Assembly (NCBI GenBank): GCA_028023455.1
Contig: JAQFVV010000007.1
Coordinates: 18,166,001-18,230,000 of the forward strand
Direction of reading: 5' to 3'
DNA: 64,000 nucleotides
From: Epiperipatus broadwayi
Lineage: Eukaryota; Animalia; Onychophora
The notes beneath the pieces were generated by a model. The model was not told where the DNA came from and made no database searches. It was given only the letters and a program-made list of their open reading frames with translations. This document shows positions 50,079 to 63,107 of this stretch, piece by piece (position 1 is the stretch's first letter; every line of letters starts with the position of its first letter). A program made the position numbers and the translations under genes.

Positions 50079-51775
50079 TCATTTATCACATGGTTTGGTG
50101 CTCTTATCGCGTTGGTTTGTTTTCAACTTGCTAATGATTGCTCCGTACTGTGAATCTAAATCTTGATAGTATCGGAGGTTTTTGAGATCTGAATTGATGC
50201 TGGTTGCCTTGTTCATGGTCATAATCTTTACAGCCTGATTATCAATCACTGGGTTTTGTGGCTCAATTGCTATGGGGTGTCGACTTAATGCATCTGCAAC
50301 CACGTTTTCTGGGCCCGGGCAATAGATCACTTTGTACTGGAATTTCTGCAGAAAGAGACTCCATCTTATTAACCGGTCATTCATTAGAAAACTTTTGCTC
50401 AGGAATTCGAGGCAGCGGTGATCTGTAATAATGATGACCTCGGACCCCAGAAGAAACTGCTTAAATTTTTGGCACACCCAGAAGATCATGAGAGTCTCTT
50501 GTTCAGTGGTAGTATAATTAACTTCTGCACCCCTCAAGGTCTGACTGCTGAAGTACAGAACTTGATGCTCACCAGCGGTTCCAATTTGGGATAATACTGC
50601 TCCTAAACCGCTTTTGCTGCTATCAGTCTGGACATAGAATGGACGGTTAAAATTGGGATAGTGAAGCATTATGGCTTGGAAGAATTTGTGTTTGATTTTA
50701 TTAATTTCCTGTTGGTGTTTATCTGTCCATTCCCATTTTCTATTTTTACGCAGCAGGTCAGTCAAGTGGTGGGTTTCCTGGGCAAAGGCGGGGTAGAAAC
50801 GGTGGTAGAAGTTGCAAAGGCCAAGAAAAGATCTGACTTGTTTCTGCGTAGTGGGCGTAGGAAATTTCTCAATGGCCTCTACTTTCTCAGGGTGTACTGT
50901 GATCCCTTGCTGGCTGATAATGTGGCCTAGGAAGGAGATTTCGGTTACCGTGAACTGGCTTTTTTCGAAATTAATTGTAATGTTTTCCCTAAGGCACTCT
51001 TGGAAAAACATGGCCAAATACTTCATATGTTCATCAAAAGTTTTGGATGTGATCACAATATCATCCACATAACAAACCATGTGCCATTGTACTTTTTCTG
51101 AAAGTACCTGTTTCAAGCATTGCATTAGCCCAGCCCCACTGTTAATCAATCCAAATGAGACTCCTTTGAAGACGTGTGTTTGTCCCTGGTATCGAAATGC
51201 TGTATACTTTCGATCCCATGGGTCTAAGGCCATTTGCCAGTAGCTTGCAGTAAGATCTAATGTAGAAAAATAAGTGTTTCCTGCCAGCTGCACAAACACA
51301 TCCTGGATTGGAGATGGCACATCCCGCTCAGGGATTGTCATATGATTCAAGTGGGGGCATCGAGGCACAGGCGTAGACTTCCGTTCTTCTTCTTTACGAC
51401 AACCAACGGGTTGTTGTATGGAGATGGGCATCACTCAATAATATCCCACTGCAACATTTGACGGATCTGGTTTTCCACTTCTTCCCTATATTGAAAAGGG
51501 ATCGGGTATGTTTTTGACTGCTTGTACGATTCTTCCCGGACTTTGATTCTGTGGGTGTATCTGCGGATTTGTCCAGGAGTGTTGGAAAACACTTGCATGT
51601 AGTCTTCCAGGATTTTCTTTGTGTGGATTTTCTCTGTTGCACTGGTTAATCCAGCCTCATGGATCTTAGTAGCTATGGTCTTGGGATCTACTGGTTGAAT
51701 AAAGCAGTTGCTGGTACCAATCATGGGCATTCTCACAGTTTCGAATTTAACTTGCTCATCTTGGAATTGGCACAT
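50079..51775 (-). pseudogene. pol: Reverse transcriptase + RNase H
   Basis: FSTLDLTASYWQ, FGLINS, YVDD, FLGHIIS, VRSFLGL, QTDSS, TDHRCL, NVVADALSR; the N-terminal part is in ORF 51431-51775. Confidence 0.95.
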
Positions 51776-51777
51776 TT

Positions 51778-52156
51778 TCAGGGATAATCTATGACCCCCT
51801 GATGCTGGGTTAAGAAATCAGACCCCAAAACAATATCGTATATCAGCCCAGGTACAACTAAGAAAGCATGGCCAATCAGCTTCTGTCCCAGAGTTATCTC
51901 CACCCAGACTTGATAATTATCGCTCATTGTTTTTTTCCCATTGGCTAATACCATGTGTATTGTGACAGGTCGGTAATTGCTTGTACTTCCCTCCTTGTTC
52001 TTGAAATTTCTGTATCCAAGATTTTGCAATGATTGAAACTTGGTTACCGGACTCCAGTAAAGCACGTGTAGACCAATTGTCTATGATGACGTTTATAATG
52101 GGTGATACACTGGTAGTCACTTTATCAATAGTGTCTTCTGGTTCATGGATGATCAT
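51778..52156 (-). pseudogene. pol: Aspartic protease, frameshifted, catalytic D replaced (ALLESG)
   Basis: RALLESGNQVSII and IVLGSDFL motifs in two frames. Confidence 0.8.
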
Positions 52157-52208
52157 GGTTTTGGAATCCTGACTTCTCTGGTTTTTTTTTTGGGGAGTAC
52201 TTCATGGA

Positions 52209-52807
52209 CTAGGTCTCCTCTGTTTCAGTAAAACCTTTTGGAATGTTAGGTTCTTTGCTAGGTTGTACGGTTCCTTCCTCGTTAGTCTGGCTTTTATTAA
52301 CGTCATGCCAGTTGCATTCCACAGATATCAGGAATTCGGCCATTTCTTCTGTATCAGTGATGCGGCTCATCTCAATCATCTTTTGTAATCGGATGGGCAA
52401 CTTGCGTTGAATTATCCTAATGATTTGGGTCTCAGAATACTTAAATGCTGTTAAGGTTCTTAGGTGGGCCACCTGCCACATGAAAAACTAGGTATACATC
52501 TCACCTTGGAGTTCCCCATAAGGTTCAGTTCTTATCGCCATTAAAATCTCAGTTTGTTGCTCCTCACCCCAAAATTGCCTTAGGATTGCGTCCTTATATC
52601 CTTTGAATGTTTTAGGTTTTTCTTTAACTGTCCCCACCAGTCTTTAGCAGTCTTTCCTAGGTAATGGCTTGCAATCATTACTTGTCCATCATCGCTCATG
52701 GGTTGATGCAAAAACAAAACTGCCAAGCTTTCCAAATGTTCGTGTGGGCCTTCACCTGGCTTTCCCTGAAACTTCTGGATTTGTATAAAGGAGGTCATAT
52801 TTGACAA
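52209..52807 (-). pseudogene. gag: Gag capsid-like region, frameshifted
   Basis: KFQGKPGEGPHEHL..YLGKTAKDWW resembles a retrotransposon gag motif; located upstream of the protease. Confidence 0.75.
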
Positions 52808-55143
52808 AACAAAATTTTGGTATAGCTATTAACTTAGTATCCCAGAACAAATAACTTAGAATGAAAACTTTTCTTTTGGTTCTTCTATGGTTTAAGACAC
52901 CTCCCCCCCCATTCTACACTTTTCCTTTACTCTGCTCTCCCCCTCCCATGCTCTCAAGTTTTATTTCTTAAACTGATTATTGCTATCCTACTTGTTATTT
53001 AATATCCTTTAATATTAATTGTTTCTAGATCTAGTTTTCTAACTGCTCTTTAATGCAAAATATATATAAAAAAATTTATTATAATTTCTACCTGGCCTTC
53101 TTTATGTCTTCTTTCGTGGTCTGTTTTTGGGAGTTGTTCTTCAGCACCTGAAACATCTTGACAATATGATTAATTAACGATTGCATTGATATACTTAATA
53201 CATTTATTTTGAACCGAAAAAAAAAAAACTCTATACAACTTTTATGAACCATTGCTTTCAAACTCTTTTTATTTTAAGTAACTCGATCACCTATTGGCAA
53301 ATTTATTTTGGTATTAATACCAGGTGCCAGCCAAAGGGATAGGGCTATATGTTCTGACCAGATGATCCGCTATTAATGGGTTGTATACTTAAATAGTTAT
53401 ACATTTAGTTTAACAAAAAAAATTATTATGGCCTTAGCACATATTTATATAAGAGGATGAAAATGTAACACAAAATATCATTTTATTTTTCATTGACTTA
53501 CAACCGTTAGCTATGCATTAGTATTATTAAAACATTTCAAAAAAAAAATTTCTTCTTTTGCACCTTTGTGATTATTAGAATCTTTGTTTTATTATTTTTA
53601 ACAGTGAAAGCATTTTAAAAGCTGTCACTTATTTAACTCTCTCAGACTTGGACATATTATAAATCTAAAATACTTATTTAACAGATGTATTAACAAGGAA
53701 AAAAAAAATATTTAACATCATTATTTAAAACATTTAGAAAAAAATTATTATATATTATTTAGCACACACACTACTTTCTTTTTATCTTTGAATGCGAAAG
53801 CCCCTTAAAAGCTGACATTAATTTAATTCTCTCAGGCTTGGAACTATTATTATTTGAAACATAAAAAGAAATTTATAGAACATAGTTTTAGTTATGAAAT
53901 TTTTTTTTTTTGGGGAAGGGGTTTTTTTTTTTTTTTATAATATAATAAAATTTTATTGAAAAAAGAAATTATATAGAACATCATTATTTAAAGCATTTAT
54001 GAAAAATTATTATATATTATTATTTAGCGCACATTTCAAAACTTGGGCATATTACATTTTTTTATAACATACTTATTAAAACAGAAAAATTATTATATAT
54101 CTCAATATTATTCTATATCGTACACACTTCTTTATCATCTTTTTATCTTTAAATGTGAAAAACCCCTTAAAAGCTATCACTATTTTATTACATTGTAAAC
54201 TCGAAAATACTTTGTTATTTAAAATCATTTATGGAAACTTTTATATATATAAACGCATAAAATACTTTATTTTTATTATAAATGTGAAAGCCCCTTAAAA
54301 GCTAACACTATTTTATCTTACTGTAAACTCGAAAATACTTTTATGTTGTTAAAATCATTCATGGAAAATTATATATATAAAGACACTATTTAAAACATAC
54401 TTTTTATTTTATTATTCTGTGGAGGTTCCTTTAAAACTAACATTATTTTATTTACGGGCATCCTGCATGTAATTTCACGTCTATGACCAAGAGAAAAAAA
54501 AACATTATACAACATCTTATTCGCTTCTTTGAAAAAAAACACATTTTATTTTATAAAAATGAGAGCCCCTTAAAAGCTATTACTCTTTTATCATTGGAAA
54601 CTTACATGTATACGAAAACTAGGAACATTATTTAGGAGAAGCACATCTTTATTTTTAATTAATTTGAAAGTAAAAGGGCCTTAAAAGCTGTTACTTCTCT
54701 TTACTTTTTTTAAAAAAACTCACGAGAATTATACATGTAATAAATATTTACGGACAAGGAATAAAACATTATATAACACTATCATTATTCAAATCATATA
54801 CGTGAAAGAAAACAAAACAAAACTGCCACTATCTTATTTTATAGATTCGTGAAAACGGAACAAAAAAACTTTTAAAACTTTTATGTGGAAAAAACTATTG
54901 AGTATATGACATACTATTTACTTGAAACATATTTTTATATATATACTGAGAGAAAATATTTATATTTATATTAACAATGACTCACAGGGAGTGTGTACCA
55001 ATATTCAAAAAATTTTTTAAGCTGGGTGTCCGAAAAAAAAATTTTTCAAAAAAAAATTTTCAAAAAAATTTTTTTTAAAAAAAAATATGTTATATCTATC
55101 ACTATCTACTACTATCTCAGTTATATGGGTGTTTGTATTCGAA

Positions 55144-55162
55144 GCCCTACGTTGATGCGCCA
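55144..55162 (-). other. Primer binding site, tRNA-Lys(CTT)-like, 21 nt from the LTR end
   Basis: TGGCGCATCAACGTAGGGC versus TGGCGCCCAACGTGGGGC (one insertion, two substitutions). Confidence 0.7.
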
Positions 55163-55183
55163 AACCCGGAGAAAAAAAAAATC

Positions 55184-58072
55184 TGTGCCGGTCGGATTTG
55201 TATGTTCACGTAACAAGATCTAGCATCTAGGCAAAAGTACCTCAAATCCAATCATGCGCAAGATACACAGGTCAGGAACACTCATGAATTCTGCCCTTTT
55301 TGCCTATTCCCCAGATCTATAACATTATGAGCAACAATCCCGATGACATCGATTAATCCACTTCTCATCCGCCGGCATCGATCATCGGAGACACAAAAAA
55401 CTCAAGGCTAACTCATGATAGAATAACTTAATAATGAGCATGTTAATTATGTGTAGAGCAGAGATCATCTAGTCATATTTAAGCTTAAGAAATAACTTAA
55501 TATTTATCTTAACTAAAGAAAGCACTGATTCGAGTTTGATGTATATATATTTACGATTTATTAATAATAATTATGTCGGGTCATTTAGCCGATGTGAGCC
55601 TCAGGATTATTATAGATATTTATTTGAATCATTTTATACAGTAACATGATAATTGCGGCTATGCCAATAAAATATGTATATGTTTGAGTAAATTAGAGCT
55701 ATTAGAATAGATTATTAGAACGCTATCACACCCCCAGAAATGAAAAGAGCATTTGATTACTTCAAACAATAATTTTAACACAGATAATATTTGATTACAT
55801 TTAATATGATGGTTAACTGGGAATTTTAGATAATTAATGCATGGGATGGGTAATGAACAATTTATACAAACGATACTCAATTTATCGTATTAATACTATA
55901 TTAAAATAAGGGACATATGTTTGTTTAATAAATCATTTCATATCGGCTTATGAATACTTCTGGGTGAATGATAAGATAAGGGAAAAGTGGTGCGTGCATG
56001 GTGGCTTATTATCGGTCCTTTTTATGGATCCTGGAATGTGCTTCACGAATTCTAAGAAGTGACAGATTTCCTCTGCAAACTTTGGCAGGGTCCGCTTTAC
56101 GAACGGAAAGAGTCCAGATTCCCTGGAATAAGGTACAGGCGAATCGTGGATGACGAGGAGTGGTCGACTATGTCAGTATCGGGCTGGTTTTTCCAGAGCG
56201 ATTCCCGTATAAAGCATGCACGAACCAAGGATGTCCCCAGGGTGGTTTTACAGCCTGGTTCAAGGACATTGAGACGACGATGGGGTCCGACTTTGCAGTT
56301 GCCTCCATGTAATAAAGAAGCACGAACATATATATAAAATAGAATGGCCTTTATGCACTAAACGCTTATTAATAAAACATAAATATACTTCTGAAATTAA
56401 AGATTATTGGGATGTATTTATTGCCCACGAATGATGAACTCTTCAGTGTAATGACATGGCTTCACTTTAAGCAAACAGGGATAATAATTATACATATAAA
56501 CATAGAATAAAAGGTTAAGGTCCCCCTCCCCCCTTTACATTATATTACTTAATATTATTCATTACGTTTTACACATTAAACCTCAATTTTGGTTGATTTA
56601 TGCCCTTGTGGAAATACATTAATTGATTGCAAAATAAAAAGGGTGGTCGTAATAGCTAAGATGAAATTTACATATATAATATAGTTGAAAGATAAAAGAT
56701 AGCGCATTATTTAGGAAGGAGAATGGGAAAAACAGATGTCAAATCTGTTTTTCAACAGTAAACATGAAAAATATAATTAATTTATTTCTCTAAAACCGCG
56801 AGCATCTGGGCAAGCCGAATAAGACTTGTTTTTATCAATTATAAATTATTTACCCAGTAAATGATGGGTGGGGAAAACAAAATAAGTTATATGCTGGCGA
56901 TTTTAGAATATTATTGGCATTAACTTTAAAATATAAATACGTAAAAATGTTAATAAAAAATTATTGGCCACTTTTAAATAAAATAAAAGAAAAACATTTT
57001 ATAAGAGGCTTAGCATAGATTAGTTATATAGAGTTATATATATATTTGAAGACATTTAAAAGATATAGTTTAAAATATACACATTACATAGAAGGCAGGA
57101 TTTTAGGAATTATAAGCGGTCTGAGTTCTTTACCTTGATGATTGAGAAAAGCATTTCACTAGAAATCAGTCCATCGGTATTGTCACTAGATCTAGGGTAG
57201 GGGGATAATTTGAGATAGCACTTCATTTCATTGGAAAAACATATGTAAAGTTCAGTAGCACAGAGTACGGAAGCTTTGTTCATGGGATCAGCATGTTAGA
57301 ACGGAGGGACAAGGTGAAACTTACTACTCACAACACATTTTGTGAAAATTACATCGGGCATGGATTATGTTCAGTAGCATGGCTATTTAATGATCTCCCC
57401 TCCTTTTCATGGATTCAAATCCAGCAGTATTTATACTTTTTTTATTTGAATTTGTAACTAGGCAACTACTGCTGGACCTGAGGCAGTTTAAGCACTTAGA
57501 TTTCATTTGGAATCATTTGGCCGGATACTCTTATCTGGTAAGATGTTTGAAACAATGCAAGTTTGTTATCAGTTTCTCAAACGATTGTTTTAAAATATAT
57601 CTTGTGATTTTAAAACAAGCTAGCGTGGACAATTTCCACTAATGGGTTTCTTCTATTATTACTAATTTGTAATCTTCTATTTTAATCTAAAGGGTCTTCT
57701 GGGTTATTGTTTTTTGAGAGACTTACTAACAAGATTGCATCATTTCTGGCTACAAACTTATATATGAAAAATATAATAAGTATCATATATAATATCTTAT
57801 ATATATAATATACTATTAATTCAATCACAATCTCCTACGCTAAAATATACATATATATTTATTATTTACACCTGCATACACATGAGAATATTATTATTAG
57901 ATTAAATATTAAATTAAGACACATACGTTTACATTATTTTATACTATTGGGTAAAGAAATATATTATTAGTTATGTGTATACGTGCGTAAGGACGAGTTT
58001 GAATACTGTTAGGTGGTAGGAGATTGGATGTGGGCTGTGAAGCAGGATCTGAGCATCAAATCATCTGCTTCA
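55184..58072 (-). repeat. 5' LTR (2889 bp)
   Basis: Direct repeat of 45456-48349. Confidence 0.95.
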
Positions 58073-58630
58073 GTATATATATATACACAAAATCTATATT
58101 GAGTACTATAGTTTAATATTGTAAAGTAATCCTATTAAGATTTTAGAGGCAGTATATATAATTTTGAAAGAATTAAATGGGAATGCTTTATTAATATTAA
58201 ACCCAGTATTTGCCGATGGAGTTAAAAAATGTTATTGAGAACAAAAAATAGTCTCAAGTGTGCAAGTGTATAGATGGATCTAATTGTGAATTATTGTATA
58301 TATAAGCAGTTATAATGGTTTTATCTGATAAAAAAGTTTTGTTACTAAAAATTCAAATATACACAATAAATATAAGCCTGTATTTCAGTTATTACATAGT
58401 AGAGATGTCTTCCCATCCCTTGTCTATGTATTAAATGGATAATGTCCTGTACATGAGGGATCAGATTGACTTTAGGTCAACATGGGTGTGATGAGAATCT
58501 CATCCTCAGGGTGGCCTTTGAGCATTCTGTCATCAGATTTTCAATTGGATGGACAATTGAAGAGTTGGATGTAGAATGGATTGAAGCCTGTCCATTAAAG
58601 TATGAAGATTGGCCATCTTAATATATATCT

Positions 58631-58815
58631 GAGCACTTATTGCATATATGTGTAGAGATGATAATCTGGACCAATTGATGATTGTTGGTTTAGAATGAAA
58701 TACGTATATTGGTGATTATTTATCTTTTCGACATATGTGTTCAAGTGTGTAACAGTGTTATGAGATAGAGTGGCGAGTGGTGGGTAGTGTGAAAGTCTGT
58801 GCTCATATATCCTAT
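58631..58815 (+). mobile_element. Family-B hammerhead element fragment (HHR 58670-58713)
   Basis: accaa TTGATGA ttgttggtttagaat GAA ATACGTAT A ttggt; retains GAAA and the ancestral stem-III palindrome. Confidence 0.75.
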
Positions 58816-59324
58816 ATAATAAATATCCAATTAAAAAAAAGCTTAAAATTGGGAAAAAGTTATAATTAGTAGATAAACATTTTACTGAGCATATTATTAA
58901 TCAAAAAAGGACTAACCTGTATGTTAATGTCTTGATTCATTTAATTAAAATAAGCATATTCAGAAAAAAATAGTTAATTTAATGTATATTTTCTAATTTA
59001 TTGTTGTTACTCTTTTATATTATCATTGTTGTTGGTTTTTTTATTACCTAATTAGTAATATTGAAAATTTTTGTACACAGTATCTCCAGGAAATGTAATA
59101 TAAAAAATAACTATTTGCAAAAACATATATGAGATTTATTTAAAATCTAAATGATGTTCACAATTTTTGCTTAATGCACTTTTGACTAAGTTATATTAGT
59201 TATATTCATGACATCTGATAGAGGGGAGACAGTTATCAGCTTTATTAGAAAAACGTGAATGAGTGATAGGCATAATTGAATAGCTAATTAGCTGCCTAAA
59301 TAGGCCATTTTTAGAGCAGGGAGC

Positions 59325-59540
59325 ACAGGAGTCTTTCTTGTAAATAGTTTTTAATCTCTCATAATATGCCTAGAACACAATGACACTAAGTGTTAACTGA
59401 AAGAAGTCTGGCACATTGTGAAAGATAAAATACAGGAATCTTTCTTGCCAATAGAGCTTTTAATCTCTCATGATGTTCCTAGAACTCATTGACACCAAGT
59501 GTAAACTGAAAGAAGTCAGGCACATCGTGAGAGATAAAAG
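59325..59540. repeat. Diverged tandem duplication, about 107 bp x 2
   Basis: acagga(g/a)tctttcttg...taatctctca...actgaaagaagtc.ggcacat.gtga.agataaaa twice. Confidence 0.8.
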
Positions 59541-61489
59541 CACTATTGACAAGTAAATCTCCTGTATTCCCCTCTCTAAAAAATGGCCTACATAAGCAAA
59601 TAATTTTCTATTCAATTATGCTCATTATCCATCCATGTTTTACTAAAAAAGCTGGCAATCTGCTTTCCTCTATCAGTTGCCATGACTACGACTAATATAA
59701 TGTAGTCAAAAGTACACTAGGCAAAAATTGCGAACTTTATTCAGATTTTAAGCATATCTTGTATACATTTTTGTGTATAGTTATTTTCCAGACTAATTAA
59801 TAATACTTTTAATTGTTCTACTGCATTGTCATATTTCAAATAATTGCCCACCATTTTGTTTTTTATGAAGAATAGTTAACTTAAATAAAAAGTTGAATAA
59901 TAAATGTAATGAGCAGTCGATTACTTTGACTAAATTTCTTTTTTTGGCAATATACTTTACAGTTATAGAAAAAAGTGCCTAGACAAATTGACAATTGTAT
60001 TACTGAAAAAAATTAACTAAAAAATAAATATGTCACATTTTAGTTAATGTTTACATTTTTTAATTTATTTTTATTGCATTTTATTACTGTGTATGATCAA
60101 TGTTTTATTTTTATTTATATAACTTTTTTGCTAATATTGGGTATGGTTACAATGACACATATTTTTATCACATGGTCACCATCACATGATAATCATGTCC
60201 TATGCCTACCCAAGCTGTATGGGGAATTTGTTATTGTTTTGACAAACATTTTTATTTTGGGAGAAATGTTTTTCCATTGCTACAAAAATATTAAATAAAA
60301 ATTAGTTAAGTAAATTATATTAGTATACACATTTGACAATTTATTTTTAGTTCATGTCATTGTTCTAAAAGATCAAAGCCTATTTGTATTATTTTTTGCA
60401 TTGTTTATGTTTGTGGTGAGTGCCTTAATTTTTTGGATGTGTTAGAATATCTATTAGACATTTTATTAGGAGAATACTGAATAAAAATTAGGTAAGCAAA
60501 TCATACTTCTAATTTATATTTAATGTATTTTATTACCACATATCATCAAACTTGCATTGTACTTTTTTGCATGAATCACACATTTTATCTAATGGAAATA
60601 TGTTTTTACAATATCAGTATTCTATAAAATCAATAGTACTACAAATGGTTAACAATTAGAAAATGGTGAAAAATTTTTGAAAATTGTGCTAGAAAATTGT
60701 TGCTGGTTTATCAAAGTAGTAAGCATAAATCATCTATGATTGTTATTGTGACCTGCCACATAGTCTTCACATGGAGGGATGTAGCTGCTGTATATGGGTT
60801 TAAGTTACAATGAACAGAAGTGTCATTACCTGAAAAAAATGCTGAGGTCACTCAGGAAACTCCAGTTATCCAAAGAAAGTATTGAAATACTACTTAGATT
60901 TGAACTTATTTTATTGTCATAGTATGATACTATATTAACCTCTACATCATTAATTTGTTAATATTTTTAAAGCTGTTATTGCATGGCAATATTTTATAAT
61001 CTACTAAATAATAAACCATTCATTTTTTAGACAATATATTAGAATGATATTGAAAATATAGTCTTATCAGTGTATGCTATTCTTATCAGTGTATGCTTAT
61101 CTTATTTGTGACTTTTCGGCCATTAATGCATCTAATAGAAGCCACATAATTATTCTGAATGTGTGACAACTGTTTCATTGATTTACAGATATAGATCAAA
61201 ATCAGGCTGATTTTGTTTACCAGTTTGTATAAAATTTTGATGCATAACTAAAATAATTACCAACAAATGGTCTTTATTATAAATAGTTGTAAAGAGAACA
61301 AACTCTCAAATTGCCATCTAATTGCATTTTGAAAAAAAGTAATTGTACTTTAATTCTCAGCTACAAGACTAACTACCATAAAATAATTTAAAAATATATC
61401 ACTTACATATATTTATATATTTGCTAAAATTGGGATATTCCTCTTAAAACATCAACAAATTCATTTTTCCCTACCATCTTTATGCCAGC

Positions 61490-61610
61490 TATGTAAGTTT
61501 TGATAATCAATAGATGCCAAATGGTAGTGCTTAATAAAAATCTCTATCCAGTGTTCTTTTATATAGTATCCCCAAACCAGTTTTTTAACTTGGCTTTCAT
61601 CAGTGAGAAA
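61490..61610 (-). mobile_element. Family-A fragment with degenerate HHR (about 61568-61607)
   Basis: tctca CTGATGA aagccaagttaa aAAAC TGGTT tggggat; flanks align to 22760-22857. Confidence 0.65.
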
Positions 61611-62046
61611 CTTTGCTTGAAAGTCATAAGTTGGAAAGTTGTCTTAAGTTATTGGATAGGACAGCAATGGATAGATATTTATGAAGCATTACCATCTAGC
61701 ATCTATCAAAGCTCACATGGAATTGGCATAAGTATGGAGATAAAAAATGGAAACAATATTGTGTAAGTTGATATGTGATGTTTAATAAGTTTTAAAACAT
61801 CAATGTGTTTCTACTATCTGGCAAAAAATGTTGATCAAAGATATGTTATGGCTTAGGTAAAATAACAGTTGAGTAAATGAAGTCATAACAAGTGACTAAA
61901 AAATCAGCCTCCTATAGTAAGATAAAATGACAGAATTGTACATATAAAAGAAATTAAAACACATGTCTAAATTGAAGTGACAGAGGCATAGATACAAGGC
62001 TTGCACTGACTGCATTACTGCATGGAGAGTTGATGATATCAGTTTT

Positions 62047-62338
62047 AAACAGTAGCAAACTCTCCATGCGTAGTGTCATCTAGTGCAAACCATAGTAATC
62101 AACGGATGCAAAAATCTTTATGCGTAAATCCCTATCAGATTCCTCACTGATGAAAACCACAAACTAGAAACTAGTCTTGGGATATTGGACAAGTAAGCAC
62201 TAGATAGGGATTTTTGCAACACAACTTTTTACATCCATTGATCACCAAAGTTTGCATTGAGTGCACTAATGTATAGTGAGTTTGCTATTCTTTTAACAGA
62301 TTAGTAAGCATAGAAAATGTTGTTTGGGTGATGTTTTA
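62047..62338 (+). mobile_element. Family-A fold-back insertion with 12-bp TSD, nested in an older family-A remnant
   Basis: TSD gatatcagtttt (62035-62046, 62339-62350); inverted arm 62047-62136; long arm 62137-62338 with HHR tcctca CTGATGA aaaccacaaacta GAAACTAGTC ttggga (62141-62182; stem II broken). Confidence 0.85.
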
Positions 62339-63107
62339 GATATCAGTTTTGTAAAAGTTTTTTGTACAACCTGATTGACTAAAGTTATTGAAAATATAGC
62401 CATCAAATGGCTACATCAAAGAAGATTTCTTTTGAGTCACATCCACTTCATATCTTAGAAGTTTATAGTAAGCACTTTGAACACATGATCATTAAAGATT
62501 TACCTCAACTAACTCTATTTAGAATTTCCAGTGAAGTTACCCAACAATAGAAATAGAAACTTCTGTTTTCTAGTGAAATCATGCAGTGATTTGAAATTAG
62601 AACTTTATGTAATAATATAGTGTTAGGTGGAATAGTTCATTATGTTTTGTGACATCTGAGCATTAAGTTCTGATTGCTACTCAATATTCTAATAATGTGG
62701 ACTTAATTTGAAATGAACTATTATAAATTTAAACTATTACTGATATTGTTATGCTCAAATAAAGTTAAATTATGAATCTTGCATAGAAATCTATTCATAG
62801 AACTAAGTCTGATTACATTGTTAAAAAAGACTAGAAATTTATTTGCATACTCATTTAAAATCGTTAAAATCTTGCATGTTTACATAAATAATAACCTGAT
62901 CTGACTAACTACAATAATGAAAAGATAAGACATACTCTGTCTCAAGATGTTTTCTCAGTTTTTAACAATGATATTTCTCAGTTATTAACAATGACATTAT
63001 ATTATATCAATCATCATATATGCAAACAAAAAATTTCTAATGTAGCATTGTAAGGAGTAAGTCGAGATGTTTTATTTATATTAATAAAAAACATATATAT
63101 TGTATAT

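Larger units (their letters stand above)
45456..58072 (-). mobile_element. Full-length, decayed Ty3/Gypsy LTR retrotransposon (about 12.6 kb; Osvaldo/Ulysses-like by long LTRs and Lys PBS)
   Basis: LTRs TG...CA of 2894 and 2889 bp, gag-PR-RT-RH-IN order, tRNA-Lys-like PBS, inserted in a (TA)n tract. Clade assignment is inference. Confidence 0.95.

Noticed and set aside
58376-58387. gcctgtatttca as an upstream tail copy implying a family-B period of about 470 nt
   Set aside because: Only a 12-bp match in AT-rich DNA with poorly matching flanks; not enough to define the monomer.
58503-58536. CTGAGGA + TGAG/CTCA stem and a nearby CTGATGA (minus)
   Set aside because: Neither is followed by GAAA and a stem III.
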